From Candidatus Multivoradales bacterium (lineage in GTDB: Bacteria; Acidobacteriota; Thermoanaerobaculia; Multivoradales; JAHEKO01), in assembly GCA_965248055.1 (NCBI GenBank), contig CBDFIJ010000004.1:992001-1056000 (forward strand): DNA of 64,000 bases. The letters are read 5' to 3'. Below, piece after piece: positions 1 through 11,030 of the stretch. Under the pieces are notes generated by a model that saw only the letters and a program-made list of their open reading frames with translations, made no database searches and was not told the DNA's origin. The position numbers and the translations under genes were made by a program. The stretch's first letter is position 1. Each line of letters starts with the position of its first letter.

Positions 1-87
1 CAGTAGACACAGTGCCACGGCCAACAGAGCGGCGACCCCCAGGGTCGACTGACGCGTCAAAGTGCGTGTTCGTTGACTGTCGCTCAC
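1..87 (-). CDS. 5' end of a membrane-anchored protein, probably the GldG-like auxiliary subunit of the ABC system (runs off the window)
   Basis: GTG at 87 opens MSDSQRTRTLTRQSTLGVAALLAVALCLL; follows the ABC ATPase and permease on the same strand. Confidence 0.5.
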   Translation of the reverse strand, partial: MSDSQRTRTLTRQSTLGVAALLAVALCLL

Positions 88-104
88 GTTAGATCCATCG
101 CCTA

Positions 105-848
105 CTAGTTCCACTTCTTACTTTCCAAGACCCGTGCGGCCAAAAACACGAACAGAGCACTGGTGGTCACCAGGAATACCAACCGACGAGAATCGACAAT
201 GCCGCGGGCAAACTCATCCATGTGGACCCACAAGTTGGCGTAGGACAAGCTCTCCTTGAGCAGCGGCGCCTGCACCAGATTCTCCAGCAAAGCCGCAGCG
301 AATATTCCGATCAAGATGGCGAAGGCGATCACCGCCGCCACGATCTGACTGCGAGCCCAGGCTGAAGCGAAGATCCCGACCGCCAAGAACAAGGCACCGA
401 TTAGAAATACTCCCAGGTAACCCGACGCCACCGGGCCCCAGTCGACTTCGCTATAGAGGTCCAAGATCAACGGATAGGCGATGGTCGGCGCCCAAACAAA
501 GCAATAAAAGGTAAGCGCGGCCAAGTACTTGCCCAGCACCACCTGACCCTCGGTCACCGGTGCCGTCATCAATACCTCCAGGGTTCCCTGACGCCGTTCT
601 TCGGCGACCAATTTCATGGTCAACACCGGGGCCAAGAACAGCAACACCAACCAGAACAGAAAGGTGCCGCCAAAGAACAACTGCAACGGGGCTACTTCTC
701 CACCGCTACGCGGGTCGTTCAAGAAGGCTAAGAGAATCCAAAATACAAAACCGTTGACCAGCAGCACCATCGCCGCCACAACCCAGCCCAGCGGCGAATA
801 GAAAAACGCCTTCAACTCGCGAAGGTACGTAGCCAGGAACGCCCTCAT
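105..848 (-). CDS. ABC-2 type transporter permease (GldF-like)
   Basis: About 6 hydrophobic segments and an EERRQGTLEVLMTAP motif; start moved to ATG 848 (ATGA overlap with the ATPase stop). Confidence 0.85.
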   Translation of the reverse strand: MRAFLATYLRELKAFFYSPLGWVVAAMVLLVNGFVFWILLAFLNDPRSGGEVAPLQLFFGGTFLFWLVLLFLAPVLTMKLVAEERRQGTLEVLMTAPVTEGQVVLGKYLAALTFYCFVWAPTIAYPLILDLYSEVDWGPVASGYLGVFLIGALFLAVGIFASAWARSQIVAAVIAFAILIGIFAAALLENLVQAPLLKESLSYANLWVHMDEFARGIVDSRRLVFLVTTSALFVFLAARVLESKKWN

Positions 849-1918
849 GAGACTGGATCCTGGTCGATCCGCTCTTCTTTCACTGCTGCCTCTTCGTCTC
901 CGGATTCTGCGACAGCGCCTTCTGCAGCAGCGGCTTCGTCCACGGCGCTCTCGATATTCGGCGGTCCGTTCTCCAGCCCATCGCGAGTGGTCAAGCGGAC
1001 AAAGATGTCCTCCAACGAAGCCTGTTCTCGGGTCATCTCCAAGATCGTCCACCCCTTGGCAACCGCCAAACTAAAAACCTCCGCTCGCAAGTCTTGATCT
1101 CCGGCAACCGCCAGCCGAAGCCGGAGATCTCCTGACTCCTGGCTCCGATCGCCGGTCACTACCGCCGCATCGACTCCATCAAGTTGTTGCAGAGAGTCAA
1201 GCGCGGACTCCGGTCTACCGAGTAACTCGAGCCGTAGGCCACTGGGGCCACTCCACTCGCGGCGCAGATTCTCGGGAGTGCCTTCGGCCACGATCTTTCC
1301 GCGATCGATAATCAGCACTCGCGAGCACAGCAACTCGACCTCGGGCAAAATATGCGTCGAAAGCAGAATCGTATGCTTGCGACCCAGCTCGCGAATCCGT
1401 TCGCGAATGGCAACGATCTGTTTCGGATCCAAACCCACCGTTGGTTCGTCCAACACCAGCACGTCGGGGCGATGCAAAATCGCCGCGGCCAAACCAATTC
1501 GCTGCCGGTAGCCCTTGGAAAGAGTGCCGACAATCTGTCGCCGGACATCGGTGATCAAACACGCGTCCATCGCCTCAGCGACTGTGCTACCGATCTCGCC
1601 CCGTGCCATTCCAACCAACTGCGCTCGATAGTTCAGATACTCCTCGACCCTCATCTCCGGGTAGACGGAAACATTCTCCGGTAGGTAGCCGATTTGCTGG
1701 CGCGCTTTGGCCGGCTCGTCGAACAGGTCGACGCCACTGACCGAGACCTGCCCGCCGCTCGGAGGTAGAAAGCCAGTGACCATCCGAATGGTGGTGGTTT
1801 TGCCCGCCCCGTTGGGTCCTAAGATACCGACGATCTCCCCTTCGTTGACGGTGAAAGACACGCCATCAACGGCAGTGAAGTCGCCGTAGCTACGCGAAAG
1901 ATTGGTTGCTTCAATCAT
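845..1918 (-). CDS. ABC transporter ATP-binding protein (GldA-like)
   Basis: Walker A GPNGAGKTT, signature LSKGYRQR, Walker B VLVLDEPT. Confidence 0.93.
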   Translation of the reverse strand: MIEATNLSRSYGDFTAVDGVSFTVNEGEIVGILGPNGAGKTTTIRMVTGFLPPSGGQVSVSGVDLFDEPAKARQQIGYLPENVSVYPEMRVEEYLNYRAQLVGMARGEIGSTVAEAMDACLITDVRRQIVGTLSKGYRQRIGLAAAILHRPDVLVLDEPTVGLDPKQIVAIRERIRELGRKHTILLSTHILPEVELLCSRVLIIDRGKIVAEGTPENLRREWSGPSGLRLELLGRPESALDSLQQLDGVDAAVVTGDRSQESGDLRLRLAVAGDQDLRAEVFSLAVAKGWTILEMTREQASLEDIFVRLTTRDGLENGPPNIESAVDEAAAAEGAVAESGDEEAAVKEERIDQDPVS

Positions 1919-2106
1919 GGATGATACTTAACAGAACCAGAGTCCGTCCGGATATGCGCGAGTCTAGTCTTCAACCCCAACGCCACGGACCGGCTCCTGC
2001 TGACGGTGCATTCTAAGCAAACCTCAATCCAGCACCAAGTGGGGACCCTCGGCGACCGCGCTGCCCTTCTACTGACACTGCTACTAAGACTCTGAGAGTC
2101 AACGAG

Positions 2107-3732
2107 TTAAGCTAACTTCAACCAGTGCTTTGCCCGCCGTACTGCGTCGGTACTGCCGCAGATATAGACATCGTCGTTTGCAGCAAAGACAAAGGATGGC
2201 GCCAGATCGGCATGGACTTGGCCAGCGCGTTCGACCGCGACAACTGTGGTCCCAGTGTTTTCCCGCACTCCAGCTTGCTCCAAACTACGGCCAGCAAGCC
2301 GTACCGCCGAGAGACATAGAACCTTGAAACGCGGGTCGAGTGCGATCGCTTCTTCCTCGACCAGATGAGCCGCCAAAATACGTCCGGCGACTTGGTCCAA
2401 GGACACCGCATAGCTGGCTCCGGCGCGATGAATATTGTCCAAATTCCCAGCATCATTGACCCGCACCACCAGCGGCACGGAAGGCGCCAGGTCATGCACC
2501 ACCAAGGTGGCAAACAGGGTGGCAGCGTCAGAGTCCAGAGCCAGAAGCACGGAACCTGCGTTGCGTACATCCGCCTGCACCAAGGTCTCGGGGTCGCGAA
2601 AATCAGCGACCAGATCGACCCCCGGATCTGCCCGGCGATCAATCACATAGACCTCTTCTCCCGCCTCGCGCAGAAGCTCGGTCGCCCTGCGTCCGACCTC
2701 GCCATAACCGCCGACCACGTGCCGTGAGCCGCGCTCTGCAGCGCTACCGATCGCCTCAACCCGCATGCGCTCGATCGCCTCTCTGCTGCCGGCCACCACC
2801 AGAGTCCCCTCGGGCTCAATAACCGTGGCGCCGGACAAGTCGGTGACTAGGTCCCCACCAACCCACTGTGCAACCACCGAGACTCCCCAGTTCTTGCCCA
2901 GCTTGGCGTCGTCCAATCTGCGCCCCGCGAGCGGACTACTCTCGACCATGCGCACCGACTCAAGCCGCAGCTTGCGGCCGTAGGAAAAGACGCCGGCGGT
3001 CGAAGCCACCTTGGGGCAAACTCGGTGCGCCAACGCCGCACCCAATTCGTACTTGGGGGTGACCACTTCGGACGCCCCAGCCAACTGAATGGCTCGGCGA
3101 TGGGTCAATTCTGTCGCCACGGCGACGATGGTCCCAGTGAAGCCGCTCTGCCGCGCCGCCACCGATACCGCGGCATTTTCGTCGTCGCTACCGTTAGCGA
3201 TCAACGCCGCCGCGGTTTCCAGGCTGGCTCCGGCCAATGACTCGTCGGTGATACCACCCAAAATCACCGGAACTCCGCTCAAGGCGGTGGCCCGCGCTGA
3301 GGAGATGTAGGGCTCCAACACCACCACCGATCGCTTGTCGCGCATTAAATCCTGGACCAGCCCGGCAACCGCGGCGCCATAGCGATAAATCACGATGTGG
3401 TCTTGGAGCCCTCCCATCTTGCGCGGAATCCGCGCTTCGAAGCGCTCCTCCATCAGCGGAATGAGATAGATCGGGAAGATCAAGAAGACCAGGAATACCC
3501 CGAGAAACTGAGTCAGGGTGACAAACACCACCATCGCCGGGTGATGCCACGAATGGTCCGCGCCATAGCCGGTGGTGGTGACGGTTTCTGCCGCCCAAGA
3601 GAGCGCCGCCCAAAACGACCGGGGCGATCCTTCCAACCAACGCATTCCAGCCGCGTAGAGTAACGCCAAGACCACCAGCGCTGCTGCCAATGCGGCGACC
3701 AACCATAAGAGTCTTTTCCATGCGCGCGACAC
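2107..3732 (-). CDS. Potassium channel protein with tandem TrkA-N/TrkA-C (RCK) domains
   Basis: 2 TM plus pore motif TTTGYG, two Rossmann-like motifs (YRYGAA, GGYGEVG) and TrkA-C repeats. Confidence 0.88.
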   Translation of the reverse strand: MSRAWKRLLWLVAALAAALVVLALLYAAGMRWLEGSPRSFWAALSWAAETVTTTGYGADHSWHHPAMVVFVTLTQFLGVFLVFLIFPIYLIPLMEERFEARIPRKMGGLQDHIVIYRYGAAVAGLVQDLMRDKRSVVVLEPYISSARATALSGVPVILGGITDESLAGASLETAAALIANGSDDENAAVSVAARQSGFTGTIVAVATELTHRRAIQLAGASEVVTPKYELGAALAHRVCPKVASTAGVFSYGRKLRLESVRMVESSPLAGRRLDDAKLGKNWGVSVVAQWVGGDLVTDLSGATVIEPEGTLVVAGSREAIERMRVEAIGSAAERGSRHVVGGYGEVGRRATELLREAGEEVYVIDRRADPGVDLVADFRDPETLVQADVRNAGSVLLALDSDAATLFATLVVHDLAPSVPLVVRVNDAGNLDNIHRAGASYAVSLDQVAGRILAAHLVEEEAIALDPRFKVLCLSAVRLAGRSLEQAGVRENTGTTVVAVERAGQVHADLAPSFVFAANDDVYICGSTDAVRRAKHWLKLA

Positions 3733-3914
3733 CCAGGAATTCTACTCGCCATTAGCTCCCCTGACCGTACTTAGCAGACCGCAAGTTATTGCGCTCGCCG
3801 AACGATAGACTCTGGTCATGGCTTTGGAGAGTGAAGACCTCAAAGATCGATCGCCCCATGATCTCGCCACAGATCACCACATTGGCCAAGGGGTCCGATG
3901 AAAGAAAGTGCCCG

Positions 3915-4277
3915 ATGAAAGTTCGTCTGGATAAATGGCTGCAGGTAGCTCGCGCCTTTCGCACCCGCACCAAAGCCACCGAAGCCTGCAAAAAAGGCAA
4001 GGTCCGCGTCGACGGAGCGACCGCTCGCCCGCATCAGCCGGTGGCTATCGCGCAAAAGATCGAAATCGATCAAGGTCAGGGATGGACGCGAATCTTGAAG
4101 GTGCGCCAACTCGCCAATCGCCCGCTGCCCAAGGCGCAAGCTGCCAGCCTCTTTGAGGATTTATCACCACCCCGGCCCCAAGCGGGGCCAAGCTTCGGCG
4201 TCTTCCGGGATCGCGGACTAGGTCGTCCCACGGGTCGAGATCGCCGCATTCTGGAACGCTTTCGTCGCGGTGAGTAG
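3915..4277 (+). CDS. hslR: RNA-binding S4-domain protein (Hsp15-like)
   Basis: MKVRLDKWLQVARAFRTRTKA...GRPTGRDRR. Confidence 0.85.
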   Translation: MKVRLDKWLQVARAFRTRTKATEACKKGKVRVDGATARPHQPVAIAQKIEIDQGQGWTRILKVRQLANRPLPKAQAASLFEDLSPPRPQAGPSFGVFRDRGLGRPTGRDRRILERFRRGE

Positions 4278-4310
4278 CGGTCCTCTAAGTTATTAGGAAT
4301 CTTTAGAATC

Positions 4311-5810
4311 ATGGCGCTCAAAGAGATCTACGGTCAGTCTTTGTCCCTACTGACCGACTTGTACCAATTGACCATGGCCTACGGCTATTGGAAGGCGGGC
4401 GTCGCTGAGCGCGAAAGTGTCTTTCAAATGGTGTTTCGCGCCAATCCGTTTCAAGGCGGCTACGCGGTCGCCGCAGGACTCGGGCCAGCCCTTGAGTTTC
4501 TGGACGGATTTGGCTTTAGTCCCAGCGACCTCGACTACCTAGCTGGGCTTCTTGGTAACGATGGTCAGCCATTGTTTGAACAGGACTTTCTCCGCTACCT
4601 CGAAGACATGAAACTCGAAGTTCAGGTAGACGGGGTGCGCGAGGGCGACGTGGTGTTTGCCCACGAACCGATGTTGCGGGTGCAAGGACCGATCGCTCAG
4701 TGCCAGATTCTTGAAACACCGCTTCTCAACCTACTCAATTTTCACACCTTAGTCGCCACCAAAGCCGCCCGCGTTTGTTCCGCGGCTGCGGGTCAACCGG
4801 TGATGGAGTTCGGATTGCGGCGCTCCCAAGGAGTCGACGGTGCCCTGACCGTAGCTCGTGCCGCTTACATTGGCGGCTGTTCCGGCACTTCCAACTTGCT
4901 CGCCGGCAAATTGTTCGGCATCCCGGTGCTTGGCACCCACGCACACAGTTGGGTGATGTTTTTTGAAGACGAGAGCGTCGCCTTCCAAGAATACGCAGCG
5001 GCCATGCCCAACAATTGCGTATTCTTGGTCGACACCTACGACACCCTGCGTGGAATCGACCGGGCGATTGAAGTCGGCGAATCGCTGCGCCAACGTGGTC
5101 ATCGACTGGCAGGCATTCGTCTGGATTCTGGAGACCTCGCCCATCTTTCGATCGTTGCCCGCCACAAGCTTGACCAGGCTGGATTTGAAGATGCTGCGAT
5201 CGTCGCCTCCAACGATCTGGACGAACACATCATCACCAGCCTTAAGGACCAAGGTGCGGCGATCGGCCTTTGGGGGGTGGGCACTCGGTTGGCGACCGCC
5301 TACGACCAGCCAGCGCTGGGGGGCGTTTACAAGCTGGTCGCGCTGCGCAATCCGGTCGGAGATTGGGACTATCGCATCAAACTCTCCGAGCAAACGATCA
5401 AGATCCCGACCCCCGGCGTGCTACAAGTACGTCGCTTCTATCGGAACGGGCAAATGGTCGGCGATGTCATTTTTGACTTGCACCGGGAGACACCGGCCAG
5501 TGGATCGATGTACTCGCCGACTAACCCGACGCGAAGCTGGCCGATCCCGGACCGCGACCAATATCGAGACTTGTTGGTACCGGTATTCGGCGAGGGTCGA
5601 ATCTTGGATCAACCGCGCCCCTTGGACTTGGCGCGCAGCGCAGCGCAAGAAGAACTTGGTCGCCTCGACAGCCGCTCCAAGCGTCTACTCAACCCTGAGG
5701 AGTACCCAGTCGGCCTGGATCAGATCGTCAGCGAACGCAAGCTGCGGATGATCGCCGACGCGAAGATAGGACAAAATCCGAAAACAACCGTGACGCCGGT
5801 CGCCGGGTAA
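4311..5810 (+). CDS. pncB: Nicotinate phosphoribosyltransferase
   Basis: [36 protein letters not shown] motifs. Confidence 0.95.
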   Translation: MALKEIYGQSLSLLTDLYQLTMAYGYWKAGVAERESVFQMVFRANPFQGGYAVAAGLGPALEFLDGFGFSPSDLDYLAGLLGNDGQPLFEQDFLRYLEDMKLEVQVDGVREGDVVFAHEPMLRVQGPIAQCQILETPLLNLLNFHTLVATKAARVCSAAAGQPVMEFGLRRSQGVDGALTVARAAYIGGCSGTSNLLAGKLFGIPVLGTHAHSWVMFFEDESVAFQEYAAAMPNNCVFLVDTYDTLRGIDRAIEVGESLRQRGHRLAGIRLDSGDLAHLSIVARHKLDQAGFEDAAIVASNDLDEHIITSLKDQGAAIGLWGVGTRLATAYDQPALGGVYKLVALRNPVGDWDYRIKLSEQTIKIPTPGVLQVRRFYRNGQMVGDVIFDLHRETPASGSMYSPTNPTRSWPIPDRDQYRDLLVPVFGEGRILDQPRPLDLARSAAQEELGRLDSRSKRLLNPEEYPVGLDQIVSERKLRMIADAKIGQNPKTTVTPVAG

Positions 5811-5813
5811 ATC

Positions 5814-7799
5814 GTGCGACCGCTACACCTGGGCTGCGCCGCTCTCAACCAAACGCCGCTCGACTGGACTGGCAATCGACGACGAATCGAACAGGCCATC
5901 GAGGAAGCCCGACGCCGTGGGGTACGTGTTCTGTGCCTGCCGGAGTTGTCGATCTCCGGCTATGGCTGCGAGGATGCTTTCCTTTCGCGCCACGTTTCAC
6001 AAACCGCGCTTGAGGTGCTCGGCGAGATATTGCCCCAGACCCAAGGCATGGTGGTGGCGCTGACCATTCCTTTTTTCCACCGCCGTGCTCTCTACAACAC
6101 CGCCTGCCTGGCGGTCGACGGTCGCGCGGTCGGATTGGTGGGCAAACAAAATCTGGCGGGAGATGGCGTCCACTACGAGCCACGCTGGTTCAAGCCCTGG
6201 CAACGCGGCGAGGCGGTCGATGTAGACGCTGGGCCGCTCGGCACCTTGCCACTGGGAGATCTGGTCTTCAACTGCGACGGTATTCGCATCGGTTTTGAAA
6301 TTTGCGAAGACGCTTGGGTCGCCGACCGGACTGGAAGGCACTTAGCTGGGGATGTCGACTTGCTGCTCAATCCCAGTGCCAGCCACTTCGCTTTCGGCAA
6401 ACAAACCATCCGGCGGCGTCAGGCCACCGAGGGATCCCGTGCCTTTGGGGTGGCCTACGTTTTCGCCAATCTGTTGGGCAATGAAGCCGGGCGAGCGCTC
6501 TACGATGGCGGCCTGTTGATTGCCAGCGAAGGCAAGCGGGTCGCCGAAGCAAGTCGCTTCTCCTATCAGGAAGTGGTGCTCGAGGACGCGGTGGTCGACG
6601 TTGACGCCAACCGCATGGACATTGCTGAGCGCAGCCACCGCGAACAGGGCACAGGTGCCCGCTTGGTCTCGGTAGACACCACCCTTGTGGACGCCGACCC
6701 GGGAGCTCTGACCCCCCCACTACCGGCGGTGGGCGATGACGACCGCCACTGGGAGTTCGAGTCGGCGATTGCTTTGGGACTCTTCGACTACTTGCGCAAA
6801 AGCCACTCTCAGGGGTATGTGGTGTCGCTGTCGGGAGGTGCCGATTCCACCGCCGTTTCCCTGCTGGCAGCGGCCTCGATCACCAAAGCCCTGAATGAAC
6901 TGGGCGGCGAGGAAGTCGCGAGTCGCCTCGGCTATTTGCCAAATCAACCCAAGAGCGAAGCACCCAAGGAGTGGGTGCGTCGTCTGCTCACCTGCGTCTA
7001 CCAGGAAACGCGCAATAGTTCGCAGGCCACCGCCGACTCAGCGCGCATCATCGCTGAATCTCTGGGCGCGGTCTTTCATTCCTTCAACGTCGACACCGCA
7101 GTCGACTTCTACATGCAGCTCGGACAAGCAGCAGCCGGGCGAGACCTCACTTGGACCGACGATGACCTGGCACTGCAGAACATCCAAGCCCGTTCGCGAG
7201 GGCCCTCGGTTTGGCTTCTCGCCAACCTCAAATCGGCGCTACTGCTGGCGACCAGCAACCGTTCCGAGGCCGCGGTCGGCTACGCGACCATGGACGGCGA
7301 TACCTGTGGCGGCTTGAGCCCGATTGGCGGCATCGACAAGGACTTCTTGCTCGATTGGCTGCGCGCCAAAGAATCTGAGATGCCGGAACTCGCAGCGGTG
7401 AATCGCCTCCAGCCGACTGCCGAGCTACGACCTCCCGGCTCAGGGCAAACCGACGAGTCAGACTTGATGCCGTATGCCATCCTGGAACAGATTGAGGACG
7501 CTGCGATTCGCGATCGTCTGAGTCCGCTGGAGGCGTTTCGCAGTTTGCGTTCCAAAACGGAGATCGATGACGCCAGCTTGGCCGAGTACCTGACCCGTTT
7601 TTTCCGCTTGTGGTCGAGAAACCAATGGAAGCGAGAGCGTTACGCACCGTCCTTCCACGTCGACGACAAAAACCTCGACCCCAAGACTTGGTGCCGTTTT
7701 CCAATTCTTTCGGGCGGCTACCAGCGCGAGTTGCAGCAGCTCGCGAGCTACTTGGAATCTTCAAATGACTTGGAGTCTTCAAATAACAGTGACATCTGA
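5814..7799 (+). CDS. nadE: Glutamine-dependent NAD+ synthetase
   Basis: N-terminal nitrilase domain (LPEL, FEICED) plus synthetase domain (SGGADS, QNIQAR, PTAEL, QWKR). Confidence 0.95.
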   Translation: MRPLHLGCAALNQTPLDWTGNRRRIEQAIEEARRRGVRVLCLPELSISGYGCEDAFLSRHVSQTALEVLGEILPQTQGMVVALTIPFFHRRALYNTACLAVDGRAVGLVGKQNLAGDGVHYEPRWFKPWQRGEAVDVDAGPLGTLPLGDLVFNCDGIRIGFEICEDAWVADRTGRHLAGDVDLLLNPSASHFAFGKQTIRRRQATEGSRAFGVAYVFANLLGNEAGRALYDGGLLIASEGKRVAEASRFSYQEVVLEDAVVDVDANRMDIAERSHREQGTGARLVSVDTTLVDADPGALTPPLPAVGDDDRHWEFESAIALGLFDYLRKSHSQGYVVSLSGGADSTAVSLLAAASITKALNELGGEEVASRLGYLPNQPKSEAPKEWVRRLLTCVYQETRNSSQATADSARIIAESLGAVFHSFNVDTAVDFYMQLGQAAAGRDLTWTDDDLALQNIQARSRGPSVWLLANLKSALLLATSNRSEAAVGYATMDGDTCGGLSPIGGIDKDFLLDWLRAKESEMPELAAVNRLQPTAELRPPGSGQTDESDLMPYAILEQIEDAAIRDRLSPLEAFRSLRSKTEIDDASLAEYLTRFFRLWSRNQWKRERYAPSFHVDDKNLDPKTWCRFPILSGGYQRELQQLASYLESSNDLESSNNSDI

Positions 7800-8863
7800 G
7801 GTGGCTCAGGGCGGTCCAGAGAGACCAGCCCAGAAGCGGTAACCCCGAGCAATCGCACGCCACGATCAGCAGCTTCGGAACGTTTGTAGAGCTGCCCGGT
7901 GGTCTCTGCGATCAGGTCGGCCGAAGCGGTCGGTGTCGACAGAGTCAGAGCGCGGGTGATGGTCTCAAAGTCTGGATAGCGCACCTTGATCGACAGGGTG
8001 CGCGCCGTCAGATCTCTTTTTTCCAAGCCCCTAGCGACTTTCTCAGCTAGGTTGGAAAGCTCCTCCAGCATGCCTTCGCGATCGTTCATGTCCTGACCGA
8101 AAGTCCGCTCACAGCTCAGACTTTTCCGCTTACGTTCTGTGGATACCAAACGATCATCTTCCCCGTTGGCGAATCGGTGTAAGACAGTACCGAACTTACC
8201 GAATCGCTGCTCCAAGGCTGTGCGTTCGGTTTTCCTCAGCTGGCCGACGGTATGGAATCCGAGATCAATAATGCGGGCCTCAGTCGCCGGACCCACTCCG
8301 CGCAACGCCCGTACCGGCAGCGGATCCAAGAAGTTCTGCACTTGTTCGGGCTTCACCACAGTCAAGCCATCGGGCTTATCGTGATCGGAAGCGATCTTGG
8401 CAATCAATTTGTTTGGCCCCACGCCCACGCTGACGGTGAGGTCGAGTTGCTGCTGCACTCTGCGTCGAATTTCTTGCGCTACCGCGGTCGCCGAACCCCA
8501 AGGCTCCAGATGATCGCTGACATCCAAATAAGCTTCGTCGATCGACACCACCTGCACCAAAGGGGTGAACTCGCGAAAAATCGAAGTCACCTCCGCAGAG
8601 ACCTTGCGATAACGAACAAAATCACTGCGCAAGAAGATCAACTGCGGGCACAATCGTAGTGCCCGAGCCGAAGGCATAGCAGAACGGACGCCAAAGGCTC
8701 GGGCCTCATAGCTTGCGGATGCAACTACTCCACGCCCCCCGGGGTCACCCCCGATGGCCACCGGTTTGCCGCGTAACGAAGGGTCATCGCGCTGATGAAC
8801 CGAAGCGTAGAAAGAATCCATATCGCAGTGCAGGATGCGACGTACTTGATCGCCTTTTTCCAT
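7748..8863 (-). CDS. dinB: DNA polymerase IV (Y family)
   Basis: HCDMDSFYASV, SYEARAFGV, SIDEAYLD, AKIASD..KPDG. Confidence 0.95.
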   Translation of the reverse strand: MEKGDQVRRILHCDMDSFYASVHQRDDPSLRGKPVAIGGDPGGRGVVASASYEARAFGVRSAMPSARALRLCPQLIFLRSDFVRYRKVSAEVTSIFREFTPLVQVVSIDEAYLDVSDHLEPWGSATAVAQEIRRRVQQQLDLTVSVGVGPNKLIAKIASDHDKPDGLTVVKPEQVQNFLDPLPVRALRGVGPATEARIIDLGFHTVGQLRKTERTALEQRFGKFGTVLHRFANGEDDRLVSTERKRKSLSCERTFGQDMNDREGMLEELSNLAEKVARGLEKRDLTARTLSIKVRYPDFETITRALTLSTPTASADLIAETTGQLYKRSEAADRGVRLLGVTASGLVSLDRPEPPQMSLLFEDSKSFEDSK

Positions 8864-9064
8864 CGCCTAACTCTACGGTAGATGTGTCATAGGTCACACT
8901 ACCCGGCGGCCCGTTCAGCCGACAATCTCACAAAGAAAATCGCGGCCTGGATGGTGAGTTCAGTTGGCATCACAATTCCTTCCAGCATATTTGTCGAACT
9001 CAATCCGATCTATTACTCTGTCCCGATGTTCTTGAACGCAAAGGATCCCCGATAGGATAGATCC

Positions 9065-10333
9065 ATGTCGAGTGAGATTCCGACGGACACCGCCGTGGAG
9101 CCGACACCGTGGTACAGAAGGCCACGTTTTCTGGGTATCCTCGCCATCGTTGCGGTCGCAATCATCGTCGGCTCGTATCTCCGCCAGCACCCTGGCACCG
9201 GGCGGATTCTGGCACAGGACATAGAAGTCGCCGCTGTTCACCGAGGTGAGTTCGTGAATGAACTCTCGACTTTATGTGATTTTCAACCGAACTCATCTTT
9301 CAAGCTCGATACGGCCGACGGAGGCCGCGTCGTAATACAGTATGTTGAAGCCAGCGCGGTGGTTGACAAAAACCAGTCGATCTTGCTGCTAGACAATCCT
9401 GAACTTGAATCCGAGCTAATGAGGCGCACCGCCGAACACCTGGAGCATTTGAGCGCCCTTGCCACGCTTCAGCTAGAGTTCGAGAGACTCGATCTGGAGA
9501 TTAACGAGCGGCTCATCAGCCTTGAAGCTGCAGTCAGACAAAGAAGTGAGACACACAATAGGCTGACCAAACTCGTGGTAGCCGGACTCGTCGCGCAGTC
9601 CGACTTTGAAGAGTCTGAAAACGAAATCGCGCGACTGACACATTTGATAGAAACGGTCCAAATTTCGAAAAGGCGTACTCACCAAGTACGGGATCGCCAG
9701 CTCGAAAGTACTGAGCAGTCGGCCGAAGCGCTCAAAGGCCAACTTGAGAGAATTCAGCGGCGAATAGACGCGCTGCAGATTCGAGCGCCTGCACCGGGGC
9801 TCCTGGCATTGATCGATGTGCTGCCCGGGCAACAATTGCAGCCCGGGGCTGAAATTGGAGAGGTGTACACTGAGGGAGATTTTTCCATCCGCTGCGCTAT
9901 CGATGAGAGGTACCTTCAGGATATTGAAGTCGCCACAACCAAAGCTGAGCTGGGTACGCCAGAACACTCATACCAGCTTGGAGTCACTAGCGTTTTTCCG
10001 ACCGTGACCAACGGGCGTTTCGTGGCCGAGTTGGGGTTTCTTGGTGATCGGCCCGAAAAGATGAGCAAAGGACAATCCGCTCGCCTCCGCATCGCGCTGC
10101 GTTCAGCGGGTGAGCGCCTGCTACTGCCAGTTGGAGACTACCTCCGAGAATCTGGAGGAACCTGGGTTTTCGTCCAGCAAGGCGACCAGGGTACCGCAGT
10201 CAAGAGAGACGTACGCATGGGCAAGCGCAACAGTTCTTCGGTTGAGGTTCTTGGTGGGTTAGATGAGAAAGAGTTAGTCATCATCTCCAGTTACGCCAAT
10301 CTGACGCAGTTTGAAACTCTAGAGATCGACTGA
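9065..10333 (+). CDS. Efflux periplasmic adaptor subunit (MacA/HlyD family)
   Basis: Single N-terminal TM, coiled coil, IRAPAPG lipoyl-like motif; first gene of an exporter operon. Confidence 0.85.
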   Translation: MSSEIPTDTAVEPTPWYRRPRFLGILAIVAVAIIVGSYLRQHPGTGRILAQDIEVAAVHRGEFVNELSTLCDFQPNSSFKLDTADGGRVVIQYVEASAVVDKNQSILLLDNPELESELMRRTAEHLEHLSALATLQLEFERLDLEINERLISLEAAVRQRSETHNRLTKLVVAGLVAQSDFEESENEIARLTHLIETVQISKRRTHQVRDRQLESTEQSAEALKGQLERIQRRIDALQIRAPAPGLLALIDVLPGQQLQPGAEIGEVYTEGDFSIRCAIDERYLQDIEVATTKAELGTPEHSYQLGVTSVFPTVTNGRFVAELGFLGDRPEKMSKGQSARLRIALRSAGERLLLPVGDYLRESGGTWVFVQQGDQGTAVKRDVRMGKRNSSSVEVLGGLDEKELVIISSYANLTQFETLEID

Positions 10334-10349
10334 CGCAAGGGAGCGGCTA

Positions 10350-11030
10350 ATGATACAAACCGACCAGCTTACTCGGATCTATCACACAAAATATGTAGAG
10401 ACCGCTGCCCTACAGCAAGTCAGTCTCGACATTAGTGAAGGAGAGTTCGTCTCACTAATGGGCCCATCTGGCTCAGGGAAATCAACTCTACTGCGCATTC
10501 TCGGGCTTCTCGATCAGGCTACCTCGGGAAGCTATCTGTTAGATGGCTCAGAGACGGTTGACCTTTCGCCAGCGTCAAGACACAAGATAAGGCTCGGCAC
10601 AATTTCTTTCGTGTTTCAGGATTTCTGCCTGATTGATGATCTCACCATCGCGCAGAACGTTAGTCTTCCCTTGCGCTATCAAGGAGTGGCGCGGGAAGCG
10701 ATTCGCGACAAGGTCGAAGCCACAATAAGCTCAGTCGGGATCTCGCACAGACAGCGACACTTTCCCTCTCAATTGTCTGGCGGCGAACAACAGCGAGCCG
10801 CGATTGCCCGCGCCTTGGTGACCGAACCCAAGCTACTTCTGGCCGATGAGCCTACCGGCAATCTAGATCAACAGACCGGCCTAACCGTACTCGAACTGCT
10901 TAGCGACCTAAACACCAGCGGTTGCACAGTCGCCATGGCAACCCATTCCCAAGAATGTGCCGCTTTTAGCTCGCGCGTAGTTACACTAAAAGACGGCCGT
11001 GTCGCGGCGGATACAGGTCAGAGTGAATAG
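10350..11030 (+). CDS. ABC exporter ATP-binding subunit (LolD/MacB-like)
   Basis: [28 protein letters not shown]. Confidence 0.93.
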   Translation: MIQTDQLTRIYHTKYVETAALQQVSLDISEGEFVSLMGPSGSGKSTLLRILGLLDQATSGSYLLDGSETVDLSPASRHKIRLGTISFVFQDFCLIDDLTIAQNVSLPLRYQGVAREAIRDKVEATISSVGISHRQRHFPSQLSGGEQQRAAIARALVTEPKLLLADEPTGNLDQQTGLTVLELLSDLNTSGCTVAMATHSQECAAFSSRVVTLKDGRVAADTGQSE

